Below are positions 16,694 to 23,197 of a stretch of 28,281 nucleotides of DNA, piece after piece. The stretch covers positions 1 to 28,281 of the IMG/VR virus record IMGVR_UViG_3300037400_002706; one strand, given 5' to 3'. The translations under genes and the position numbers were made by a program. The notes under the pieces were generated by a model that made no database searches, was not told the origin of the DNA, and was given only the letters and a program-made list of their open reading frames with translations. This DNA is from a virus. The number at the start of each line of letters is the position of its first letter. Position 1 is the first letter of the stretch.

Positions 16694-16736
16694 CCCCGCC
16701 AAACAACAACAACAACCAACTGGAAACAAGGAAGAA

Positions 16737-17177
16737 ATGAAAAAACTAATCGTCCTCTCCGCGCTCTGCGCCATCGCCCTCATCTCCGCCTCCTGCGGCC
16801 TCCTCAAAACTCCCACGACGACCAACAACATCGGCTATCAGATCAACAACGATCCCTCCAGCCAGCCGACGATTCAGATTGGCTCCAACGGTGCCCAGGC
16901 CACCGGCATCTACGGAGGCGACATCAAGTCCGGCGAGACCGGCGGCTCTCCGCTCGTCGGCAACCATGTCGGCACGGCCAACCGCAGCACCGAGGCCGAC
17001 GTGAGCGCCGCCCTCCAGCACCAGACCCAGGCCAGCACCCAGGCGCAGGCCCGCGACCAGTCGCCGCAGACCACCACCGCCACGCCCACCACCAACGACA
17101 ACGACACCCGCACCACCACCGTGCCGGTGAGCGTCGGACAGTCCGCCAGCACCCAGACGCAGCCATCCGCGCAGTAG
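16737..17177 (+). CDS. Secreted lipoprotein (moron; spanin or superinfection-exclusion candidate)
   Basis: MKKLIVLSALCAIALISASC is a signal peptide with a lipobox-like Cys. The mature part is T/Q/N-rich. The gene has its own CA-rich leader and its own terminator. Confidence 0.65.
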   Translation: MKKLIVLSALCAIALISASCGLLKTPTTTNNIGYQINNDPSSQPTIQIGSNGAQATGIYGGDIKSGETGGSPLVGNHVGTANRSTEADVSAALQHQTQASTQAQARDQSPQTTTATPTTNDNDTRTTTVPVSVGQSASTQTQPSAQ

Positions 17178-17204
17178 TCGCCAGCCCACTCCATTCCGCC
17201 CCCT

Positions 17205-17239
17205 CCCGCCGATCCATGATGGATCGGCGGGATTTTTTT
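17205..17239 (+). terminator. Intrinsic terminator
   Basis: Perfect 12-bp stem cccgccgatcca / tggatcggcggg with loop tga, followed by T7 (17233-17239). Confidence 0.85.
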
Positions 17240-17253
17240 GCGCCGAAAACGCC

Positions 17254-17307
17254 CAGATTTCGCACCAACGCGCGAAAACTCATTGGAGCGGGCAAAATCC
17301 CGCATCG
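17254..17307 (+). repeat. Copy A of a 54-nt element (copy B at 25187-25240)
   Basis: 41/54 identical by my position-by-position comparison. The 6-nt loop of the hairpin gcggg-N6-cccgc is caaaat here and attttg in copy B. Confidence 0.85.
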
Positions 17308-17362
17308 GCGCGTTCGCGCGCGCCTGGCGCATCTGTGGGCGATTTACGCCCGCAAAACTGAT

Positions 17363-17381
17363 GTGGCGCTATTGTGCCGTT
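17363..17381 (+). promoter_or_regulatory. Arm-type repeat, left of the attP core (19-bp direct repeat, copy 1)
   Basis: gtggcgctattgtgccgtt is identical at 17626-17644. Tandem ctccaaaccg x2 follows at 17391-17410. Confidence 0.55.
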
Positions 17382-17493
17382 ATTTTGTGGCTCCAAACCG
17401 CTCCAAACCGCAGCAAATCAATCACTCATTTTTAATTTTAGCGCGGTAATAATGATTTTATAAATCATTGATTATAAATATATTTAGTGATAG

Positions 17494-17551
17494 TGCCCGA
17501 GGTGGGACTCGAACCCACAGTGAGTGTTACCCCGACAGATTTTAAGTCTGC
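17494..17551 (-). tRNA. Partial tRNA-Leu(UAA): 3' 58 nt only (anticodon arm to discriminator). This is the attP core, not a functional tRNA gene.
   Basis: Minus strand reads GCAGA-CTTAAAA-TCTGT, a 16-nt variable arm, GTGGG-TTCGAGT-CCCAC, then CTCGGGC-A. No 5' acceptor strand or D-arm is present upstream. Confidence 0.7.
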
Positions 17552-17625
17552 TTTTTAACAGGTTATCTACAACGCTAATATTTTGTATTGCAATTAGTTA
17601 TATTATCAATTGGACATTTTGCGTA

Positions 17626-17644
17626 GTGGCGCTATTGTGCCGTT
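17626..17644 (+). promoter_or_regulatory. Arm-type repeat, right of the attP core (copy 2), followed by three 10-bp phased CAAAAYCGC units at 17671-17700
   Basis: gtggcgctattgtgccgtt, then gacaaaccgc / gcaaaatcgc / tcaaaaccgc in tandem. Confidence 0.55.
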
Positions 17645-18072
17645 TTCGGGCGGTTTCCGAGTGATGTTGCGACAAACCGCGCAAAATCGCTCAAAACCGC
17701 TATATTATGCGCATGGCACGCAGGGCGCTCAAAGGCATGGGCCGGATCTACCGGCGGGGGACATCGTGGTGGCTGGACTACACGGAGGCGGGGGTGCGCC
17801 ATCGGCACCCGCTGCGCACGCCGGACGGCGAGCCGTGCCGGACGCGCCAGGAGGCCGAGGCGGAGCGGAGGCGGCATCCCGTCCAGCAGGATTTCCGCGC
17901 GCGGCCACGCACGGTCGATTTTCGCCAGCGTCAGGCCGCCTACCTGGCGCTGGCCAGATAATAGCGCATTGACATATGGCTGGCTGAGATGTAGCCGCCG
18001 CGCGAGATGCTGTTGCGTTTCGCCGCTGGCATACGCTGCTACTATGGCTGATTTTATCGTTTCTGTTATCAT
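17632..18072 (-). CDS. XRE/Cro-CI-type HTH repressor candidate; its C-terminal ~90 codons are antisense to the integrase remnant
   Basis: MITETIKSAIVAAYASGETQQHLARRLHLSQPYVNALLSGQRQVGGLTLAKIDRAWP is an HTH. The remainder is Pro/Arg-rich antisense read-through. It is the only minus-strand gene and faces the early promoter divergently. Confidence 0.6.
   Translation of the reverse strand: MITETIKSAIVAAYASGETQQHLARRLHLSQPYVNALLSGQRQVGGLTLAKIDRAWPRAEILLDGMPPPLRLGLLARPARLAVRRAQRVPMAHPRLRVVQPPRCPPPVDPAHAFERPACHAHNIAVLSDFARFVATSLGNRPKTAQ
17707..17961 (+). pseudogene. int: Tyrosine integrase N-terminal (arm-binding domain) remnant; the catalytic domain is absent
   Basis: MGRIYRRGTSWWLDYTEAGVRHRHPLRT...TRQEAEAE matches the common G.IY.RG..WW..Y...GKR.R.S integrase N-terminus. 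The ORF stops after 84 codons and no integrase-like continuation exists anywhere in the circle. Confidence 0.65.
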
Positions 18073-18118
18073 TTTTCGCAAAATTTAATGTTTTTTTTGA
18101 TTTTTTTTGGAAAATCGC

Positions 18119-18146
18119 TTGAAATTATCACAATTGGGATTATAAT
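18119..18146 (+). promoter_or_regulatory. Sigma70-like early rightward promoter
   Basis: TTGAAA (18119-18124), 16-nt spacer, TATAAT (18141-18146). It is flanked by three T8 runs. Confidence 0.55.
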
Positions 18147-18174
18147 ATAAGCGTTGCCGATTTTTTTTGAACAA

Positions 18175-18195
18175 AATTATCAAACTGCGATAATT
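18175..18195. promoter_or_regulatory. Operator-like palindrome aattatc-N7-gataatt; a third half-site aattatc at 18123-18129 overlaps the -35
   Basis: Read directly. The same 7-mer half-site occurs three times within 75 bp of the divergent region. Confidence 0.5.
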
Positions 18196-18222
18196 CAACC
18201 ACTCCCAAAGGAACCTCAGAAA

Positions 18223-18579
18223 ATGGAACTCAAAGAATTTCAGAAACTGACCGGCCACGATGTGCTTCCCGGCACCTACGCCAAGTTCGAAAAGATGTAC
18301 ATGCAGCTGGAGTGCGATAAGGCGACCTTCTGCCGCTCGGTCGCGGAGCTGGCAGCCGAATACGACGAGAATGTCAGCCGCCCGCGCGTGGCGGCGCTGG
18401 AGAGCAAGCTGCGCGACCTGGGCAACCTCCAGCCCGCCCGCATCCGCACCCTCAGGACCGCGACCGATAACGGCGACTGGGAGGCCGTCGAGAAGATTGC
18501 GGCGGCGCTGCGTCAGGGCGTGAAACAGCTCTCGGACATCACGTCCGAGCTGATGCGCCTGGACGGGCAGCTCCGCTAA
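18223..18579 (+). CDS. First early gene, hypothetical protein
   Basis: The ATG at 18223 is preceded by aaaggaacc. 118 aa. The track ORF begins further upstream at 18154. Confidence 0.55.
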   Translation: MELKEFQKLTGHDVLPGTYAKFEKMYMQLECDKATFCRSVAELAAEYDENVSRPRVAALESKLRDLGNLQPARIRTLRTATDNGDWEAVEKIAAALRQGVKQLSDITSELMRLDGQLR

Positions 18580-18591
18580 TCCCCCATTCTC

Positions 18592-18655
18592 GGGCGGCGG
18601 TGGCCGGCGAACTGGACCTTCCGCCGGCATGAAGGCGCCACCGCCCATTTTCTCC
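18592..18655 (+). terminator. Imperfect GC-rich hairpin followed by a short T-stretch (possible regulated terminator after the first early gene)
   Basis: Inner stem gccggcg (18603-18609) / cgccggc (18622-18628). Outer stem gggcgg..tgg / ccaccgccc (18638-18646), then atttt. Confidence 0.3.
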
Positions 18656-19045
18656 CACCCCTCTTTTCCCGCCATGCTTACCCCCTTCGAGCAACTAGTC
18701 CTGGACATGCGTTCCGCCCAGCGCGAGTTCGCGCGGTTCCGCGAGCTGTCCCTCCAGTCCCGCGCCCGCGAGCTGGAGTTCCGGGTGGACCGCGCCCTGC
18801 TGGAGATTTGCCACTCCGAGGAGTGCGGCGATGAGACCCCGGAAGCCGCGCGACTGCGGCGGTCGCCGGATGCCTGGGAGTTCTTCGGCGAGATCGAGGA
18901 GGTGCCCGACTGCCCGCCCGCCCTGGGCGGTCCCGCGAACGAACAAAACCAGGGCAACCCCAAAAACACCGAAATTAGGACGCGCCGGAGCCGTCCGGCG
19001 AAGACCCAGCCAGGGGAAAATGGCGGGGCGAGGGAGGCAACCTAG
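18629..19045 (+). CDS. Hypothetical early protein (start more likely the ATG at 18674)
   Basis: ORF MLTPFEQLVLDMRSAQREFARFRELSLQSRARELEFRVD... The 18629 ATG lies inside the upstream hairpin. Confidence 0.5.
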   Translation: MKAPPPIFSHPSFPAMLTPFEQLVLDMRSAQREFARFRELSLQSRARELEFRVDRALLEICHSEECGDETPEAARLRRSPDAWEFFGEIEEVPDCPPALGGPANEQNQGNPKNTEIRTRRSRPAKTQPGENGGAREAT

Positions 19046-19303
19046 CGACCAGCGGCGCCGGACCGCTGCCCAGATGGCAATCCGGCATTTCCCCCTTTGC
19101 GGGGGCGGGAGGGCGCAGCCCCGCAGCTCTCCAGGCGAACCCGCCCACCTTGGCCCGCCCCCGCTTTTCCAATTTCGCCCGGCGGTTTCCCTGGCCGTTT
19201 CCAGGGTGGCCGGTATGCTAGGCGCGCTCTTCCGGGAGTGACTCTGAGCGCGCCGACCGCCGGGCATCTCTCTCATCATCCAGACCCACACCCAGGAGGC
19301 AAC

Positions 19304-19657
19304 ATGACCGACAGCATCGCAGACACCATCCTCACCATCGCCCGCACCGACCCCGACACCAGCCGCGAAAAACTCGCGGCGCTCAGCGCCCTGTGCGCCG
19401 TGCCCGACACCAGCCGCGACCGGCTCGCGCTCATCAAGCAGGCCATCGCCGCCCCGCCCTCCACCCTCGCCGGACGCGACATGGTGCGCACCTCCGAGGC
19501 GTGCCGCATCCTGGGCGGCGCGGCGCATCCGATCTCCCCCGCCACCCTGCTCCGCTGGGTGCGCAAGGGGCTGGTCCACCGCCACGGCGCGAGCCGCTGG
19601 GCGCGCTACGACGTGGCCGAGCTCAATGCCGTGGCGAGCGCCCGCCCGGACTGCTAG
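19304..19657 (+). CDS. Excisionase/MerR-type (HTH_17-like) DNA-binding protein
   Basis: SD caggaggcaacATG. MVRTSEACRILGGAAHPISPATLLRWVRKGLV...RYDVAEL is the AlpA/Xis-type pattern. Confidence 0.6.
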   Translation: MTDSIADTILTIARTDPDTSREKLAALSALCAVPDTSRDRLALIKQAIAAPPSTLAGRDMVRTSEACRILGGAAHPISPATLLRWVRKGLVHRHGASRWARYDVAELNAVASARPDC

Positions 19658-19667
19658 GAGGACCGCC

Positions 19668-19820
19668 ATGTTCGCCGAGATCGTCACCCATTACAGCAGC
19701 AACGAGATTTTCCTCGGCCTGCTGCTGATTTTCCAGGTTTTCCCGGCGTGCGTCGGGCTGGCATACGCCACGGTCCGCCACGCAATCAGAACCCGCAAAC
19801 ACCACAAAACCAACAACTAG
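19668..19820 (+). CDS. Small membrane protein (50 aa)
   Basis: SD aggaggaccgccATG. Hydrophobic core IFLGLLLIFQVFPACVGLAYA followed by a basic tail. Confidence 0.5.
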   Translation: MFAEIVTHYSSNEIFLGLLLIFQVFPACVGLAYATVRHAIRTRKHHKTNN

Positions 19821-19831
19821 GAGACAAAACA

Positions 19832-20569
19832 ATGGCAAACAACAAACCCGCCGCTCCGACCGAGGCCGCCGCAATCGTGCCGGTCGTGCCGACCGAGATC
19901 ATGCAGGCGTTGTCCGCGATGGCGCGCTATGGCATGGAGCAGACCGAGCTTGAGGACAATTTCTGCCGCGCTATCGGCGTCGCGACCGCCGTGGCGCGTC
20001 TGCGCGAGCTGCTCAGCCCCCAGGTGATGGCTCCGATCATGCAGCTCCAGGGATCGGCGCTGGGATTCCTCGCCGACCGCGAGTATGATGTGGACACCGT
20101 GCGCACCGTGCTCATCCAGGCCGCAATCGAGGGCCTGAGCATCTACGGCAACCAGTTCAACATTTTGGGCGGGCGGATGTATATCACCAAGGGCGGCATG
20201 GCGGCCAAGCTGCGCAGACTCGCCGAGCGTCGCGGCCTGCGCCACACCATCGTGATCGATCCCCCGCGCATGGCGCAGGGCGACCGTGGCGCGATTTGCG
20301 CCGCGCACCTCACGTGGCAGCTGCGCGGCGAGGAGCCGCGCACGCAGGACCTCAACATCCCCGTGCGCGTCAATTCCGGCATGGGCGCGGACGCCATCCT
20401 GGGCAAGGCCACGCGCAAGGCGCGCGCGTGGCTCTACGAGGAGATCACCGGCAACGAGGTGCCGGAGGGAGAGGTCGGCGAGTCCGCGCCTATCGACATC
20501 ACCCCGCGCCAGGCCGCGCCAGCGGCCGCCCAGACGGCATCTCCGCTGCCGCAGCTCCAGGCCATGTAA
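19832..20569 (+). CDS. Single-strand annealing protein candidate (recombinase partnered with the exonuclease and SSB)
   Basis: SD taggagacaaaacaATG. 245 aa. Its context is an SSAP / exonuclease / SSB module. Family not assigned. Confidence 0.4.
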   Translation: MANNKPAAPTEAAAIVPVVPTEIMQALSAMARYGMEQTELEDNFCRAIGVATAVARLRELLSPQVMAPIMQLQGSALGFLADREYDVDTVRTVLIQAAIEGLSIYGNQFNILGGRMYITKGGMAAKLRRLAERRGLRHTIVIDPPRMAQGDRGAICAAHLTWQLRGEEPRTQDLNIPVRVNSGMGADAILGKATRKARAWLYEEITGNEVPEGEVGESAPIDITPRQAAPAAAQTASPLPQLQAM

Positions 20570-20611
20570 TCCCCCCCCACAACCAACCGCAAACAATTAG
20601 GAGACAAATAG

Positions 20612-20902
20612 ATGGGCAAAAAATTCATTATTCGCTGTAACCGTGCCGGAGTGTTTTTCGGCGAAATCGAAAAAATTGATGGCAATCAAGTGGTTATGAA
20701 AAATGTCCGGAAATTGTGGCATTGGCGTGGAGCCTGCGCCGTCGAGCAGCTGGCGCAGGACGGCACCGCCCGCCCAAATGATTGTGAGTTCACGGTCGTC
20801 GTGCCCACGATGACCGTGCTGGACCCCATCCAGATCATCCCCTGCACCGAGGCGGCGGCAAAATCCATTATGGCCGTGAGGGAGTGGCGCTATGAGAGAT
20901 AA
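20612..20902 (+). CDS. Conserved small phage protein of unknown function
   Basis: FIIRCNRAGVFFGEI...VVMKNVRKLWHWRGACAVEQLAQDG resembles a widespread phage family of unknown function. The segment is AT-richer. Confidence 0.55.
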   Translation: MGKKFIIRCNRAGVFFGEIEKIDGNQVVMKNVRKLWHWRGACAVEQLAQDGTARPNDCEFTVVVPTMTVLDPIQIIPCTEAAAKSIMAVREWRYER

Positions 20903-21671
20903 TCCGACCGACGATGAGATCCGCCGTTTTGTCGGCTACGGCGACGGCGACGGCGACGGCTCCGGCGACGGCTCCGGCGACGGCTACGGCGACGGCTACG
21001 GCGACGGCTACGGCGACGGCTCCGGCGACGGCTCCGGCGACGACGACGGCGACGGCGACGGCTACGGCGACGGCGACGGCTCCGGCGACGGCTACGGCGA
21101 CGGCGACGGCTCCGGCGACGGCGACGGCGACGGCTCCGGCGACGGCTCCGGCGACGGCTACGGCGTGGCGAAATTTTGCGGACACACGGTGTGGATGATC
21201 GACGATATGCCCACCATAATCTACTCCGTGCATGGCAGCTACGCCAGGGGGGCCATCCTGCACAGCGACCTGACTCTGCAGCCCTGCTACATCGCCCGCG
21301 TGGGCAACTGCCTGGCGCATGGCGACACCCTCCGCGACGCCCGCCGGGACGCGGAGAGCAAGGACGTGCGCGCGCGCCCTGTCGAGGAGCGCGTGGCGGC
21401 GTTCGTGGCGGCGCATCCCGACCCCGACGCCGAGTGCGCCGGGCATGACCTCTACGACTGGCACAATCTCCTCACCGGCTCATGCAGGGCCGGACGGGAC
21501 GCGTGGTGCATCGATCATGGTCTGTCACCGGCGCTCGACCGCATGACCGTGCGGGAGTTCCTGCGCCTCACCGCCGACGCGTATGGCGGCGAGGTCATCC
21601 GGGCCGTGGCGGAACGCTACAGTAACCTACTCAAAAACAACGATTTAAAAACAGAAAAAAATGAACAGTGA
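20892..21671 (+). CDS. Hypothetical protein with a 77-codon Gly-Asp-(Gly/Tyr/Ser) repeat N-terminus and a conserved C-terminal domain
   Basis: GYGDGDGDGSGDGSGDGYGDGYG... then VWMIDDMPTIIYSVHGSYARGAIL...CLAHGDTLRDA...WHNLLTGSCRAGR. Confidence 0.6.
   Translation: MRDNPTDDEIRRFVGYGDGDGDGSGDGSGDGYGDGYGDGYGDGSGDGSGDDDGDGDGYGDGDGSGDGYGDGDGSGDGDGDGSGDGSGDGYGVAKFCGHTVWMIDDMPTIIYSVHGSYARGAILHSDLTLQPCYIARVGNCLAHGDTLRDARRDAESKDVRARPVEERVAAFVAAHPDPDAECAGHDLYDWHNLLTGSCRAGRDAWCIDHGLSPALDRMTVREFLRLTADAYGGEVIRAVAERYSNLLKNNDLKTEKNEQ
20934..21164 (+). repeat. Hexanucleotide microsatellite (GGCGAC with GGCTAC/GGCTCC variants), 231 bp, in frame
   Basis: Read directly. The antisense strand gives the spurious AVAVAG ORF 20868..21464. 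Confidence 0.95.
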
Positions 21672-22767
21672 CGACACTAATGCCAGGGCGCTACTGCGCC
21701 CATCGAAACTCCAGCAGTATGCCGCCTGTCCCGGCTCCTACAGGATGCAGCTGGGCCTCTCCGAGCCGCCCAGCCCCGACGCCGAGGAGGGCACCCGGCT
21801 CCACGCGGCGGTCGCCACCGGCAATGCCGACGGGCTCGACTCCGAGCAGTCCGACCTCGTGCGCCAGTGCACCGAGTATCTCGCCGCCCTCGTGGAGCGC
21901 ACGGGCCTCGACCACGTGACCTACGAGCAGCCGCTCACCATCCGCGACTCCTACGGCGAGGAGATCACCCACGGCACCGCCGACATCGTGGCCACCTCGC
22001 CAGACCATCCAGACCGCTGCGCGATTGTGGACTGGAAATTCGGGCGGGTGCCCGTGGAGGCGACCGCGACCAACCTGCAGCTGGCGGCGTATGCCCTCGG
22101 AGCGATGCAGCTGTCCGGCGCATCCGAGTGCGAGGCGCACGTCTTCCAGCCCCGCCTCGGGCGGCACGTGTGCCACGTGTTCGCGGCCTCCGACGCCATC
22201 CAGCGCAATCTACGCGCAATCTCCGAGGCCTGCACCGCCGAGGCGCTGGTGCTCAACCCAGGCGAGGAGCAGTGCCGCTACTGCATGGCCAAGGCGATCT
22301 GTCCGGCGTTCCGCATGAGCTGCGACAGCCTGGCGCTCGTGCGGGACAACGCGGATGCGCTTTCCACGCCCGAGACCCTGGCGGACCTCTACTCCCGGGC
22401 GAAGGTGGCCAAAAAATTCGAGGCCGCCATCGAGGCCGCCATGAAGGCATATCTCAATGAGCATGGCGAATGCTGCGGATACCGCTACCAGGATGCCGCG
22501 GGGGAGCGCGAGATCGATGACATTTGGCATGCTGGCATCATGCTCTCCGACATCCTCACGAAATCGGAGTATCTGGGCTGCTGCACGGTGAGCGTGCCGC
22601 AGCTAGAGGGCATCGTGTGCGACCGGCTCCAGGCGCAGGCCGAGGCACGCGGCGAAAAACTGAGCCGCGCGGAGGCGAAAAAGCAATTCTCGGCGCTGCT
22701 CGACGGGGCGCTCACGCGCGGCAAACCGACGAGGAAAATCGTCAAGGACAGGGAGGATGCACAATGA
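21661..22767 (+). CDS. PD-(D/E)xK exonuclease with a Cas4-like four-Cys cluster (DUF2800/Cas4-like)
   Basis: N-terminal Cys in YAACPGSY, GTADIV, IVDWKFG (D-x-K), QLAAYAL (QxxxY), C-terminal CRYCMAKAIC (C-x2-C-x5-C). Confidence 0.75.
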   Translation: MNSDDTNARALLRPSKLQQYAACPGSYRMQLGLSEPPSPDAEEGTRLHAAVATGNADGLDSEQSDLVRQCTEYLAALVERTGLDHVTYEQPLTIRDSYGEEITHGTADIVATSPDHPDRCAIVDWKFGRVPVEATATNLQLAAYALGAMQLSGASECEAHVFQPRLGRHVCHVFAASDAIQRNLRAISEACTAEALVLNPGEEQCRYCMAKAICPAFRMSCDSLALVRDNADALSTPETLADLYSRAKVAKKFEAAIEAAMKAYLNEHGECCGYRYQDAAGEREIDDIWHAGIMLSDILTKSEYLGCCTVSVPQLEGIVCDRLQAQAEARGEKLSRAEAKKQFSALLDGALTRGKPTRKIVKDREDAQ

Positions 22768-23195
22768 GCGACGAGGCAAGGTTTTACGCGGTTGGCACCG
22801 TGGCTGGCGGGCCGCAGTGGGGAACCGACAAGCGCGGCCAGCAGACGCTGGAGGCGCGGATCTCCGTCGTCACCGTCGGCGCGCGTGGCCAGCAGTACGA
22901 GGATGTGCTGCAGGTGCGCGTGCGCCGGGGCGACCTGCAGGCCGAGGCGCGGAAACTCGTGCCTGGCGCGCGTGTGGCGGTGTTCGGCAGCGTCGGCGGG
23001 AGGGTGTGGCGCGGAGAGCGCGGAGAGCGCCTCTACACCGACCTCAACGCCGAGGCGATCATCCCGCAGGGGCCGCCCGGCCAGGCGCGCCCGCTGGAGT
23101 TCCCGGAGGTCCCGCCGCCTCCCGTGATCACCGACGCGGACCTGCGCATCCCCGCGCCAGCCCCGGTCCCGGACTACTCCGACACCCCGTTCTGA
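22764..23195 (+). CDS. ssb: Single-stranded DNA-binding protein
   Basis: OB-fold-like N-terminus, Pro-rich linker, acidic tail DYSDTPF (a DDDIPF-type tip). ATGA overlap with the exonuclease gene. Confidence 0.7.
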   Translation: MSDEARFYAVGTVAGGPQWGTDKRGQQTLEARISVVTVGARGQQYEDVLQVRVRRGDLQAEARKLVPGARVAVFGSVGGRVWRGERGERLYTDLNAEAIIPQGPPGQARPLEFPEVPPPPVITDADLRIPAPAPVPDYSDTPF

Positions 23196-23197
23196 GC

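Noticed and set aside
17216-17449. 77-aa and 65-aa ORFs (17216..17449 and 17238..17435) between the lipoprotein terminator and attP.
   Set aside because: They have no ribosome-binding site, begin within or right after the terminator, and have basic low-complexity products. The region is better explained as att-arm/regulatory DNA plus the 54-nt repeat element.
17494-17551. Possible phage-encoded functional tRNA.
   Set aside because: Only the 3' 58 nt (anticodon arm to discriminator) are present. No 5' acceptor strand or D-arm can be found upstream on the minus strand, and the 3' end is followed by cta rather than CCA.
18085-18969. 294-aa minus-strand ORF spanning the early promoter and two early genes.
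   Set aside because: It would run through the AT-rich divergent promoter region and is antisense to ORFs with SD-linked starts. Its composition is typical of a shadow ORF.
20868-21464. 198-aa minus-strand ORF encoding (AVAVAG)n.
   Set aside because: It is the antisense of the GGCGAC hexanucleotide tract. The plus-strand frame continues into a well-formed conserved domain with proper start and stop coupling.
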